From: Cyanophora paradoxa CCMP329
Lineage: Eukaryota; Plantae; Glaucophyta
Direction: 5' to 3'
Assembly (NCBI GenBank): GCA_004431415.1
Contig: QPMI01000141.1
Coordinates: forward strand, 1-64,000
Length of the DNA stretch: 64,000 nt
Part shown: piece after piece, positions 31,643 to 44,471 of the stretch
How the letters are laid out: each line of letters starts with the position of its first letter
How positions within the stretch are numbered: the first letter of the stretch is position 1
The notes under the pieces: model-generated
Database searches by the model: none
What the model was told of the DNA's origin: nothing
The model's input: the letters and a program-made list of their open reading frames with translations, nothing else
Made by a program: the position numbers and the translations under genes

Positions 31643-33878
31643 ATGGCGATGCAACCGACGCTCTGGCTCGGCCATAATGCCGGATCCCTGCTCGTGGCCA
31701 TCGCCGCGAAGGCAGTGGGCACCAATGCGAAGATCTCTGCTGGCCCCGGCCCGGCCCAGTCCGAGTTCCGGGTCAGCGCGCGGCCCCGCGCGCTACCGGA
31801 CCGCGCAGTCGCTCACCAGGTCGCGCGCAGGTCCCGGCGCTTCGCAAGGCCGACGGCTCTGTCAGCGCAGACGCCGCCGCGATCGCGTTTGGGCTGTTGG
31901 AGGGGCACGCCGACGCCGCCTCGCTCATTGGCGGCTCGCCCATTGAGACCGCGGAGGTCGGCGGATGCCCTTTCGTTTGCTCTGCGTCGGCTCGCACGCT
32001 CCGCTCACTGGACTGCAGGTCCAGCAGTGGCTCCCGTTCGGCTCGACGCGCCTGGGCGACGACGCTGCTCAGAGCGCCTCTCTGGAGGCCCTGAACGTGC
32101 AGCTGCTCTCGCGCGTCTACCTGGTGGCCAACCGCTTCACCCTCGCCGACGCCGCCGTCTACGCCGCCTTGCACCCGATCCTCGTGCGCGCGCGCCGCCG
32201 GCGCCGGCGCGGGGCGGCACCAGCGCGACGGCTTCCGCCCTGAATGTGCCCTCGCAGGCGGCTGTCGCGGAGGCGGACCGCGGCAAGCAGTACGGCAACG
32301 TCTGGCGCTGGTTCGACTGCGTCCAGGTGCCCCTCCCCGCCACCCCGGCCGGCCGGCCCGCCGTGCCCGCCGCCGCCGCTCTGCGCCCGCGGACCGACGG
32401 GCCGTTCTCAGAACGACCCGCGCGTGCGCAACTCCGGCGTCGCCCCGCCGCTCCTCGCCTTCAACTCGCGCACCGCCTACACCGCGCCCAAGGTCCGCCC
32501 GTGCTTTTCAAGCTGCCCGCCCCGCGCCCCGGCCGCGAGCGACCCCCGCGAGCGCAGAAGGCGGCCGCGCCCGCCGCCGCCGCTGCCGCCCCGGCCGCCG
32601 CCGCTGGTGCGGACAAGAAGAAGGCCGCGCCGGCCGCCGCCGCCGCCGCCGGCGACAAGAAGGCCGCCCCCGCCAAGGACGCCGCCGTGCGCCCGCCCGC
32701 CCTTCCTCCCTGCGGCTCGCTCGCCCTGCCCCAGCCGACCCGGCGGCAGGCCCCCGCGGACAAGAAGCAGGCGGGCGAGAAGAAGGAGAAGAGCGAGAAG
32801 GTGCGCGCGGGGCGTGGGGCGGGCGCGGGCGGGACGCGCTTGCCGACGGGCCGCGCAGAAGGAGGGCGCTGCCCCCGCCGAGGGCGCCAAGGGCGACAAG
32901 AAGGCGCGCGCCCCGCCCCCGCCCGCGGCGGTCCGCCCGCCCTGCACGCGCCCCTGAGACGGTAGCGGCGGGGCAGGAGAAGGGCGAGAAGAAGGAGAAG
33001 CCGGCGAAGGCCCCCGCCGCGCCCGCCCCCGCCGAGACCGGTCCGAGCTCTGCCGCCCGCGGCCGCGGGGCGCGTCCGACCCGGGGCACGCCCTCCAACG
33101 CGCAGACCAGTCGGACATCTCGCGCGTGAACCTCAAGGTCGGCCGCATCCTCAAGGCCTCCAACCACCCCGACGCCGACAGGTCCGCGCCCGGGCCCCCG
33201 AAGTCTACTGCGCCCGTCCTCGCACCGAAGAGAGGCGCGCGCGCCCCGGGCAGCCTGTACGTGGAGGAGATCGACCTGGGGGAGGGCCAGCCCCGCACCG
33301 TCGTCTCGGGCCTGCGCAAGTTCATCCCCCTCGAGAAGATGCAGGACCGCCTCGTCGTCTGCGTCGCCAACCTCCCCGCCGCCAAGGCCCGCGCTCCGCT
33401 CCGCCCCGCCCCGCCTCGGCGCCGCCCTCGCGCGCTGAGGCCGCGGGGGCGGCATGCGCAGATGCGCGGCATCGTGAGCCAGGCGATGGTCCTCGCCGCC
33501 TCCAACGCCGAGCACACCGAGGCGCGCCCGCCCCGCCCCGCCCCGCTTGAGCGTGCCTGAGCGGCGGGGGCGGCCCGGGGGCGCAGGTGCAGCTGGTGGA
33601 GGTGCCGGAGGGGACCAAGGTGGGCGAGCGCGTCTTCTTCGAGGGCCCCGAGGCCCAGCCGTGGGCCGACCCCGAGGAGGTCCTCAACCCCAAGAAGAAG
33701 GTCTTCGACAAGGTCGCCCCGGTGCGCGATTTCGGGTCCGATACTTGGGCGGCTGCCGAGGAGGGGGGTACAGGACCTCCGGACGGACGCGGCGGGGGTG
33801 GCTATGTACAAGAGCATGCCGATGCGGACCAGCGCCGGCATTTGCAAGGCCCCCATCCCCAACGGCAACGTCCGCTAG
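31643..33878 (+). CDS. Arc1p/AIMP1-like tRNA-binding cofactor (GST-C-like plus EMAPII domain), multi-exon
   Basis: YLVANRFTLADA..NVWRWFDCVQ; LKVGRI..HPDADSLYVEEIDLGE..RTVVSGL..ANL..KMRGIVSQAMVLAAS; LNPKKKVF. Confidence 0.88.
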
Positions 33879-34032
33879 CCCGCCGGCGCCCCTCCCGGCT
33901 CTCCCCCCCTCTCTCTTTCTCTCTCTTTGAGTGAACTCGCCCCTCTGAAGTCAATGCGCCGCACCTTCGCTGGGGGCCAGGCGGTGGGGGTGGTGCGATG
34001 CGCGGAAGCGTCCCTATTGATAACAACGACCG

Positions 34033-34695
34033 CTAGTCTGTGAAGCGGGGCCGGGATACGTGGCCGCTCGCGGAGTCGGGGGCCGCCCCCCCGCCGACGC
34101 CCGGCTGGTGGCCGCCCGGCTTGCCCCACAGCTCGTACTGCGCCCACCGCGGCCGGCGTCAGCGATCGCCGCGCCGTGCGGCGGCGGCGGGAGCATCGGA
34201 CCGGGTTGGGGAAGTCTGATCGCGGCCCCGCTGTCGCCTGCGGCGCGCTCCCGTACCCGTGCTGCGCCTGCATCGACCGCGGATTAAGAGAGGCGTTCTT
34301 GCACGCGAACAAGGGGCGGCCGCGCCCGACCGCACCGGCGCGGCGGCCGCGGCGGCCCTGAGCATGCCGTAGTTCTCGCTCTTCGGCGCCCCGTGCGCCC
34401 CGCCGTAGCCACCGCTCCCATGCGACGAGCTAGAGCCGTAGCCGCCGGATCCGTGCCCGGAGCTCGAGCCCTGCTGCGGCGCCGGCTGGCCTGCGCGTGC
34501 ACGCGAGTTAAGATCGCCTCGCGTGCCGTTCGGGTACGAGCGCCGGGAAGGGAGCTAGGCGCTAGTCTAGCTATCCGGAAGCGACGACCCGCACGGCGCG
34601 GCCGGGGCGCGGTCGCGCGGGCCGCTCTAGGCGGCGCGCTCGCTCCTCTGGGACGCACCGAAGTTGTGCTTGTAGGGGTTCGGAAAGTCTCCCAT
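34033..34695 (-). CDS. Small Gly/Ser/His-rich protein with repeated DFPNPY motif (paralog 1), multi-exon
   Basis: Hand-spliced MGDFPNPYKHNF|GQPAPQQGSSSGHGSGGYG...PKSENY...RSDFPNP|YELWGKPGG...; mostly synonymous differences from the copy at 38.5-38.9 kb. Confidence 0.55.
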
Positions 34696-35071
34696 ATTGC
34701 GGTCCTCAGGCTTATGCAGTGCGCGAGGCACCTAGAATTTGGCTAGAACGCTGCTGGGGTAGGGTGCTTGGGTACAAGGCAGTATGGAATACATGACCCC
34801 CCGCCAACACTTCGTTCGCTGACCGAGTTTGTTCAGAGGCTCCAGCCTTCCGATAAGATCAAACCCCCTGCTATGCTGGATCGGCCATCTCCCTGAGCTT
34901 CGCAGTTTCATCAGCGGCGATTAAGGACATCTTCGCTGCCGTGCCGGTTGATATCGAGTTCGGGCAGCTAGCTATAGGGTCGCAATCGGCGCGCAAGCGC
35001 GCACGTGGCGTGGTAGGACTTGCGCATACTTTGAACCTGCATCGCTGCGAAACAGAACTACTCTCATCGAC

Positions 35072-38024
35072 ATGCACACGCGACTAAGACCGCGGCAGCA
35101 GCAGCAGCAGCAGCAGCAGTTGCATGCGCAACTGCAGCTGGAGCTGCACATGCGTCCTCGAGCTCCGGTCCGATGCACACACGCACAGCACCGCCCCATA
35201 ACTACAGCTATCCATTCGCATGCAGCTGCAGCCGCATGCGCAATTCGCAAGTGCTTCTTGGCCCCCGTGCTCGTAGCTCTCCTGTTCTGCCCCTCCGTGC
35301 ATGCCTTCGTCCTCTCGAAAGTTGTCGCGAGCATCGCCGGGGGCGGCTTGGGCCCGTCCGCGCGCCAGACTCAGGTCCGAGCGCGCGCTGTGTACATGCG
35401 CTCCCCAAGCCCGCGGCCGCGCTCATGATCAGCCCCTCGAGCTCCGGTCCGAGTTCGGAATTAATCTCGCTGTGCAGGGGGCGGTGGTGGGCGATTCGCT
35501 GTACATTCTGGGTGGGCGCTGCGAGGACACGACGAGCTACCTGACCCCCGGCGCGGTGTGCCCGGATCCTTACTGGCGGGTGACGTGCGGCGCCGGCGGG
35601 ACCAGTGCGCTCGAGCTCGTGCCGCAGCTGTTGTTTTCGGCGCGGCGAGGGCTGAGCGGGCCGCTGCGCACTCCCTCAGACTGCTCGTCCTTGGTCGCGG
35701 AGGCCGTCTCGTTCTCGGGCGGCCCCTCCGAGGTGGAGGGCCGGGTGCGCCCCGCCCTCGAGCCCGCGGCCGCGGCCGGTGCACGTGGGGCTGCTCGTGA
35801 TCGACCCCGCTCAGGGGCGGGCGGCCGTCGCCACCGACGGGCAGCGGTACATCTGGAGTGCGAGCGGCCCTAATGCCCCCTTGCCCCTTGCCCCTTGCCC
35901 GGCGGCCCCTTGATTTGAGCCTTCCGCGCAGCTCACGGGGGGTTGCAAGAGCTGCAGTTCTCTTCGGCCTCGGGCTCGAGCCTGGACGTCTTCGGTACAC
36001 CTTTGCCTTCGGCTGGATCACGAGCCCCCGCCGCGTCGCTGACTGCGCCGGCACCCCGCCAGATGTCCAGACGATGACGATGACGCACTTGTCGAACTCG
36101 CAGCTCACCCGGCACGCCCACTGCCTGGTTCGCGTCGCGATCGAGGAGAAGACTTCCGACCCCGGCCCCCTCTCCCGGCGCGGGTCCTTTCGAAATTCTG
36201 ACCGCGAGCCGCCGGGCAGGCGTACTACGGGGGCGCGCTGTGGGGCACGCAGGGCTTCGGCTCCGACTTGTACTGTGCGCGCTCGCCACGGCCAACGGCC
36301 CTGGACCCTCTCTCCATTGGCGCCTGATCACGTGAGCGCAGCCGGCGGCGACCCGAACACGCTCGTGCGGAACGGTGCGGCTTTTCATCGTGTACCCCCG
36401 CTGCGTGCCCGGCTTTCCCTCGTCGTGACGCGCTCCTCTGGCAGATCTGTGGAAGTACGACCTCAACTCAGGTGAGGCCTTCTGATTCAGCCCCGCCCAT
36501 TCCCCCCGCCCATTCCCCCCTCCCCCTCGAGCTCTACCTTCGCCCCGTGCCTCGAACTCTCTCGGCGTCAGGGACGTGGACTTACAATGTCATCCCTTTC
36601 GACTGGAACTGGTTCCCCCCGGTGGGTTCGAGCTGGGGCCGGGCTTAAACTCGCAGGCTCACGATAGCGCGCAGCCGCTCGAAGCGTCCGTGTGCTCCCT
36701 GTTCGGCTCGAAGCTCTACGTGTACGGGTGCGTAGCTGGGCCGGGCTCTTGGCTCACTGCGTCAGTGATCGGACCGTGCTCATGATCATGATCACCTTCT
36801 CCGCGCGCAGGGGAAGGGGCATCGGATGGGACGCCGTGAACTCTGTCGCGACCTACTGGTACAGCTCCGGGCTCGCGTGCGCGCCCCTCTTCCCTCGCTC
36901 GAGTTCGCTGAGTCGCGCTGAGTCGCGCTCCACTTGCGCCCGTCCGCTTTCCGCTTCAGGTTCGTGGACCTGGCCTCGCCGGCCCCCGCGTGGAACGGCC
37001 TCGAGTCGCTCCACGCCTCCTCCGCGTACGGCCACCCCGCCGACCGCGGGCTCGCCTGGTGCGGCGCCGGCGCCCCTCCCCGCCCGCCCCGGCGGCGGCC
37101 CCGCTCCAGCTGCAGCCTCCTTGCTGAATCGGGGCCCTCCGGCAGGTCGTGGGTACGCGGCTTTGATTACCGGCCCTGACCCCCGACGCCTGACCGTGAT
37201 GTCACCGTTGACGTTCTTCCACAGCGGACGTCCACTGACGCATGGGTACCGCAGCGCTCGCGCACCGCGGGACGATCTCGCTGCGTTGCATGCTCATGCT
37301 CACTCGCTGCGCGCCCGGGGGCCAGGTGGTGTTCGGGGGTACGAACAACGTCGGGGTGACCGCGGCTCCCGCGAGCGACCTCTCGGACGCGTGGATCCTG
37401 CGGCCGAGTGCGCAAGCGCGCCCCGCGGCCCTGCTCCCCTCGCCGTGACCGTGACCGCGACCTGCACGTGTGCGCAGTGTGCGGGACGAGCGGGGCCCCC
37501 TGGCAGCAGGTGCGTGCCTCGAGACCCGCGAACGTCCCCCCCCCTCCCCCCCCCCTCTTCTCCCCCTCCCCCCTCCCCCCCCACCGCGCTCATTTCGTTC
37601 GCAGGCCTCCTTGGTCAAGGCCCCCGAGTTCATAGGCCAGTTCGGTGCGCGGCGCAGCGCCCCCGCGAACCGCCCCTCCAGAACTTGCAATTGAGAACGC
37701 GCCTCGGCAGGGGGCGCGGTGGGGTACCTCGCGAGGGGGCGGGCGGCGGTGCTCTTCGGGGGCATGGCGCAGGAGGGCCAGCCCTACTCCCTCTCCTCCG
37801 ACTTCTTCGTCGTCTCCGGGCCAGGTCCCCGCCCCTTCATTCTTAAGCTTACGATCATCGCTCTAGATCTGCGTTAACGTTCATTCGACTCGCTGAGCAA
37901 CTGATCGTGATCCATTTCGCGCGCGCGCAGCCCCCCCGCCCCACTGCGCCGCTATCGAGGTCCTCCCCGCCCCGCGCAGGCTCAAAGCTGCAGGCGCTGA
38001 CCGGGGAGCCGGCCTTAGGTCACG
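35072..38024 (+). CDS. Kelch-repeat/beta-propeller protein, probably secreted, multi-exon
   Basis: VVGDSLYILGG, CSLFGSKLYVYG, VVFGG..LSDAWIL, AVLFGG; hydrophobic N-terminal stretch; boundaries approximate. Confidence 0.6.
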
Positions 38025-38271
38025 GGCGGGAGCATCCACATCTCGGGGGGCGGGCAGTTGACAATGACGCAGTAGGCCCTCTAGATCTCCCGCAGTGCGG
38101 ACCGCTGTGACCTCTCTTCCGCTTGCGTGCCGCAATGCGGCTAGTTTACGCACTCGAAAACAAAGAACAAATATGTAATAATAGTATTACGGGATCACGA
38201 AAGCTTTAATTTGGACCATTCGCACGCCCTAACGAAACATCCGTGAGCGGCCGGGGCAGGGGCGGGCGGAA

Positions 38272-38897
38272 TCAAGGGGCGCACCATGGCCAGCTACCTG
38301 AAGCTTCGGTGGGACCGCCGTGGCTGCGCCCTTGCACGCGCGCATTGAAGGGCGGAATCGGAGTGCTCATTGCATGCGCCGAGGCGACGAGGCGAGGCGG
38401 AGGCAGCGAAGCGCGCGAGGGGCACGTATGCACAGAAGCTCCCGCACAGAGGCAGACTGAGGGTAGCGAGGCACGCCCGTCTGCGAGGCAGACTGAGGGG
38501 AGCGTTCGTGCGCGCGAGCGATGGGCGGCGGGGCCTCGCTCGCACCGGCGCGGCGGCCGCGGCGGCCCTGAGCATGCCGTAGTTCTCGCTCTTCGGGGCC
38601 CCGTGCGCCCCGCCGTAGCCGCCGCTCCCGTGCGAAGAGCTGGAGCCGTAGCCGCCGGGTCCGTGCCCGGAGCTCGAGCCCTGCTGCGGCGCCGGCTGGC
38701 CTGCGCGTGCACGCGAGTTAAGATCGCCCCGCGTGCCGTTCGGGTACGAGCGCCGGGAAGGGAGTTAGGTGCAAGTCGAGCCATCGGGAGGCGACGTCAC
38801 GCGCGGCGCGGCCAGGGCGCGGTCGCGCCGGCCGCTCTAGGCGGCGCGCTCGCTCCCCCGGGACGCACCGAAGTTGTGCTTGTAAGGGTTCGCTCAT
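38272..38897 (-). CDS. Small Gly/Ser/His-rich protein paralog 2 (possibly pseudogene)
   Basis: 38541-38892 duplicates 34330-34682; the ATG at 38897 is out of frame with NPYKHNF as sequenced. Confidence 0.4.
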
Positions 38898-39008
38898 CTC
38901 TTAGAAGGGCGTAGGCACCAGCGCCGGACGCACAAGCCCACGAGAGCTGTTCGATGGCGTGCCCTATGCGACGAGCGTACCCCCTGCGAAGACTTCACTG
39001 GCGGTGCG

Positions 39009-39942
39009 ATGGACGAAGAGGAGGCTCCGATCGACCTCGACGTGAGCACGGTGCTTCGCCGGCGCTTTGCTTCCGCCCTTCGCGAGCTTCGACGCAGGAA
39101 CCGTCGGGGAGCGGGTTCTCTTCGGACTGGCATCAGACAGCCGACGACTCACTAACAGCAATATCGGAATTCTTACACACGGTTCGCGGCGCATCGAGGC
39201 GCTCCCAACCCGCCGGCGTTGCCGCTCTGACTGCGGGTCTCGGGGTTTCGCAGTGCGGGTATGAGCGGGCTAGCCAGGTACTAGAGGAGAGCAGGCCGTC
39301 ACTCAGGCTGTCGGAGTCGCACCAAAGACTCGCTTTTCAGCGCCTCGCCCGCGCGCTACAGGTCAGCTCGAGGCATGTGGCAAGACGCCTGCCCGGTTGG
39401 CTAATTCGCCGGGTGCAGGTCGTGTTGCGGGCTTCGCCTTCATCCAGCAAGTCGGCAGAAGCGTCAGAGCCCGACGTGCAGGTCAGGATCGAACCTATGG
39501 ACGCGATGGATGTTGGTACGTACGTGCGCCCGTTCCGCCCCGCGCGCCTCACGCTGCCCCGCGACCAGACGAGAAGCCGGAGAGGCCGACCAAGCGCATA
39601 AAGACAGAGCCACCAGACGAGCCAGACAGCGGCGGCGTGCCGAGCGAGACAATTCGAATCACAGCCGTCAAAGCGGAGGTGCCGCGTGCGCGTGCTCCTA
39701 CACACGCACCACGCTGAGGCCGCGCCAGGTGGACAAGCGACTGGATGATTATATCGCCACGGGCATCAAGGACGCCCAGGACGCGAAACCCAGCCTCGGC
39801 GCGCGGACGGAAGGTCCGCCCGGCCCGTAGCTTTCGGCGCGCGCCACCGACCCTCCGCTGATCCCGCCCCCGCAGACGAGAGCGCGCGAACGCTGGGGAT
39901 GCAGAGCGAGCGCATGAAGATCCTGAGGCCGCCTGCGCAGGC

Positions 39943-40002
<60 letters not shown>

Positions 40003-42360
40003 GGGGCAGGGGCAGGGGCAGGGCGCGGCGGCCGACGGGGTCGACGAGAAGCAACCCCCGACGCCCTCGCCCGCGGGGGCGGCGCAGGCGGATCCGGCGT
40101 CGCCGCGGCCGGCGGCGGCAGCAGCGGCGCAGCGGAGCCTCGAGCCAGCGCCGGCGGTAGAGGAGCGGCTGCGTCAGATGGAACGTTTCCTGGGCATGGC
40201 GCCAGCCGCCCCCGCGAGTGAGCCCGCCCGCGCCGCCCCGCGCCGCCCGCCGTAGCCGACGCGGGGCGCCGCGCAGTCCGGGCGGCGGGACGGGACGTGT
40301 ACACGAGGCTGAAGGGCCTGGAGGAGCGGATCGTGAAGCTGGAGAAGGAGGGGCGCGTCCTCCCCGCGCTCGGCTTCCTAGAGAACAGGGCGCCCCCGCC
40401 GGCGGGGACGGGGACGGGCCCGGCGGCCCTCGACAAGGGCTTCGTCCGCATGGCCGGCGGCCGCCTCGTGCCGCGGGCGGCGCTGAAGGACCGGGAGGGC
40501 GCCGAGGCGGCGGCGGGGGGCATCGACCCCGACTACCGCTCCCACACGAGCGTCGCGGGGGCCTCCCCCAAGCCGCGGCCCGGCGCCCCGCCCCCGCAGC
40601 CCGGCGGGCCCTCCGCCTCCGGCGCATCCCCGCGCCGCGCCGGGCCGCCCCCGTCCCAGGCCGCCGGCTCCGCGGCGGCCGCATCGAGCGGCGACGCGTC
40701 CGAGGTGCGCGCGCCGCGCGCCTCGACTCGGTCGCGCCCCGCCGACCCCGCCGGCAGGGCGCGGCGAGCTCCGACGACGGCCGGCCGAGGCGAGCGACCG
40801 CGGGGATGCGGAGCGGGCCCCCGCCAGCGGCGCCCCGGCGCGGGCCGCGTCGAACCCGGTGCGCGAGGCGCGGGGCTCGGAGGGCGGCGGGGGCCTGACG
40901 CGGGGCGGGCAGGCGGGGCCCGGGGCGTCGATGGCGACGCGAGGGGCGACGGCGGGGCGACGCGGTCGGCGGGGCGACCCCCGCAGGGCCCCCAACATCC
41001 GCGGCCTGGTCCCGCCCTCGCCCCGCACCCCGCGCGCGCCCCCGCCCCCGCGCTGACCGCGCCGCAGGGCGGGCCGGCGGCGGCGGCGGGCGCGAGGACG
41101 GCAGCGGCGGCGGCGGTCGCGGCGGCGGCGGCGGCGGTGGCGAACAGCGGCGTGCCGACGCGGCCGCCGGGGCAGCAGGGCCCGCCCCACAACCTGCCGG
41201 GCGCCTCGCACGCCCCGCCGACGGTGGGCGCCTCGCCGGCCCCGGGCGCAACGCCGTCGGCGGGGGCGACGCCGGCGGGACACGGGCAGTCCTCGGCGCA
41301 CCCGCCGGGCCTCCCCAACGCCTCGCACGTGGTGGTCCTCCCCTCGGCGCCCCCGGTGGGCGGCGCGGGCCCCGGCGGCCTCGACCTGCGCGTCGTCCCC
41401 GCCTCGGGCCCCCGCAGGGCGGCGGCCCCGGGGCGCAGCACGCGACGCCGCCCCCCACGCCGCCTCTCGGCGGGCCGCCGGGGGCCCAGATCCCCACGGC
41501 CCCCGCCACCGCCCCGGCCCCGCCGGCGCCGGCCGTACCCGGCGCCGTCGCGCCGGCCCCCTCCGCCATCCGCCCCAGCTACGCCTCGTCCCCCCGGGCC
41601 CCCAATGCCCCCGGGGCCTCCCGCCCGCCGGGCGCCGTGCACGCGACCGGCCCCGGGGGCCCCATGGGCCCCCGCAGCAGCCGCCCAGCGCCGGGGCGAC
41701 CCTCGCGACCGTCCCAGGGGGCGCCGGCGGTCCGTCCTCGTCGCCCGGCGCCGCCCAGCGGCCGCCGCAGCTCCCGGGGGCGCCGAAGCCGCCGGGATGG
41801 GCCCAGGGGCGCCGATGCAGGGCCCGCCGGGGCGCGGCAGGCACCCGGGCAGCCGCTCTTCCACGTGGTGCAGGTCGTCTCGTCGGCCGCCGGCGTCCCC
41901 GCCCCGGGCTCCGTCCGCACCGTCACCCTCAAGCCGCCGGCCGCGCCCCCGAACCTCCCCCGGGCATCCCGCCCCCGCCCCGGGCGCCTCGGCCGCCGGC
42001 GCCGTCACGACGGTCAAGATCGCCGGCGCGGCGGGCCCCGGTGGGGCGGGCCCAGCGGGGTGCCCCCCACCGTCTCCGCCTCGCCGCCCCCGCCCTCGCC
42101 GCCCCGCCGGGGCCACCGCCGCGCAGCCCGTCAACCGCGTCGTCATCGGCCCCGCCGGAGGCCCGCCGACCCCCGTGCCCTCCTCGCCCGCCACCGTACC
42201 CCCGCCGCCCGGCATCCCCCCACGGCCCCGTCTTCACGCCCTCCCCGCCACCGTCGCCGTCTCCGCGCCGCCGCCCACCGTGCCCCCTCCGCCCCCCGTG
42301 TTGCCCACCGTCCCCAGCTCGCCCCCCGCCCCCACCGGCGACTCCCCCGGCTCGCGCTAG
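39009..42360 (+). CDS. MBIP-like protein with LisH-like N-terminus, poly-Q and Pro-rich tail, multi-exon
   Basis: VDKRLDDYI...ESART, VEERLRQMERFLG...DVYTRLKGLEERIVKLE...IDPDY resemble conserved MBIP blocks. Confidence 0.6.
39944..40000 (+). repeat. (CAG)19 coding microsatellite
   Basis: Perfect CAG run encoding poly-Q. Confidence 0.95.
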
Positions 42361-42615
42361 TCTACAGGCCCTGCCGGGCGCCGCCGTCCCCCGATCGCTC
42401 CCCTTGTTTCTAATGTAGGAGTAGCCTCTTTTTTTCAGAACGGCGTCTGAAGCGAGACCCGCGTGCGTCGGCGCGGCTGCGCCGCTGGGAATGGGCCCCG
42501 GACAGAGTTGCACACGTGAGCCATGCGGGGAATCACAATCTCGATTCATGATCACAGCGGGCAGCAGTAAGACACGTGAAGCGCTAGCACCTGGCGCGCG
42601 TGCGGGCGGCCGCGG

Positions 42616-44471
42616 CTAGCGCCCCGCCTTCTTGCGGACGAGGGGGAAGTGGAGCGGGGCGCGGAGCTCGTAGGCGCCGTCGGCCTTGGCGCAGCCGGCG
42701 CTCCGCGCGTACAGCGTCAGCTTCGGGAGCGCCACCCGCAGGTCCCGCGCCAGCGCCCCGAAGATCTCCTCCGGAATCTGTTTAGGGAGAAGTGGCAGGT
42801 AAGGGGGTGTACAGGAGCGTCGACGGGCGCGGGGCGCGGGCGCACCCGGTAGTCGAGGAGGGTGAGGAGGAGGACGAGGATGTGGGCGATGCACTTGTCG
42901 ACCAGCGCCTGCGGCTTCCCGTACCGGTTCGCATCCGCCCGCTCCGCGAACGCCTCCAGCACCGCTGCCGGGGGGTACCGCGCTCAGATCGATCCGGGGT
43001 ACCAGGGGGGCGGAAGAGGGGCCGGGGTACCGGTGGCGACGGGGGCGGTGGTGCCGAGGGAGGAGGCGAGGCGCGGAATGTCGTCCGCGAGGCTGCTCAC
43101 GGGCTTCACGTGGAAGTAGAAGTAGACGCAGAGCAGCTGTACCCCCCGACCGCCCCCCCAGCGTGAGGTGCGGAGGGGGTACGCGATCTCTGGGGGGCAC
43201 GGACGACGACGAGGCCGGCCTTGTGGGAGACGATCTCGGCGTCGTGGCGGGCCCCGATCATCGGCAGCGCCATGCTGCGCCCCCGCCCCGCCCCGTCAAG
43301 CGGGCGGACCGGCGGGGGTGCACGCCGCGTGAGGGAGGGCGTGTATACGCGCCAGACAAACTCGGGGGCGGTGCCCTCCTCGCGCCACTTCTTCGCGAAC
43401 TCCTGCGGCTTCTGCAGCGCCTCCTCCATCGCCTCCAGCTGCGCGACGCTCAGCCCTCGGCGCAGCTCCCGGCGGGGGCGGGCGGGGCGGGCCTCCTTGG
43501 GGGTGATGCGGGAGAGGGCCCCGAGGGTGAGCGCCTGCAGGTCGTACACCCCCGACGCCTCCTCCGCCTCCACATCGTCTGCCCCAGGCGGAGCTCGCGC
43601 CCGTGGCCGCGTGCGGGGCGGGGCGGGGGGGCGCACAGGCGGGGAGGTAGGAGCGGGGCACGCCGGTGGCCTCGAGCTCGGCCTTGGCGGATACGGAGGA
43701 GGCGCGGTCGAGGGGCTGCGCCGCCGGCCGCTCCGGGGGCGGCGCGTTGACGTCCCGCAGCGCGCCCCGGTCCTTGGCCCGCAGGCTCAGCCGCGCCTTC
43801 CGGCTCCCGAACTGCGGCCGGCGTCAACGAGCGCAGCGGCGGCCGCGGGCGGGGCGGGCGGGGCGGGCGGCTCGCCAGGTCCGTGAGGCGCTTGCGGGCG
43901 TCCACCTGCGCGTCGCTCTCCTGCTCCTCCTGCCGCCGGGCGTCGGCCTCGCGCCGGGCCGGGCACGCGTGACGGCGCGCAGCGCGCGAGCGCACGCGGG
44001 CGGTGGCCGGGGGGACGAAGCGCAGGGGTACGGCGGGCTTCAGGGAGAGCTTCCCGCTGCTACTGACCGCCCCGATGTACAGGCTGCGGGGGCATTTCGG
44101 GACGGGCTGGGCGCGCGGGGCCGGCGGGGGACGGCGGACCGGGAGCTCATCGGCTGCGGGAGGGACGAGTACTCCAGCGAGCCCGCCTTGAGGGTTGCCT
44201 TCAGCTTCTTCGCCGGCCTGCGGGGCGTCGCTCGCGGGGCGCGGGGCGGCAGGGCGCTGCGAGAGCCGCACCCGCCCTCCGATGCCGCGCCGGGAAGGGT
44301 GACATCGATCTCAATCTGATCATCATCCAGGAGGTGCGCGGGCGGAGGGACGGCGAAGCTGCCTGCGCGGAGGGTGTCGGCGCGGGACGGACGGGCGCTG
44401 CATGCGGGCGCTGGCGCACCCACGATCGCCGGCACGTCCGCTTCTCCACTGCTCGAGGCGCGCTTCGACAT
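42616..44471 (-). CDS. RNA polymerase I subunit A49/PAF53-like, multi-exon
   Basis: FGSRKARLS, LLPP...VYDL, HILVLLL.L.DY, LARDL...YARSAGC...LRAPL.FP. Confidence 0.7.

Noticed and set aside
34330-38892. Second LTR element formed by the 350-bp direct repeats
   Set aside because: No TG...CA ends, PBS, PPT or TSD; substitutions suggest a duplicated coding gene
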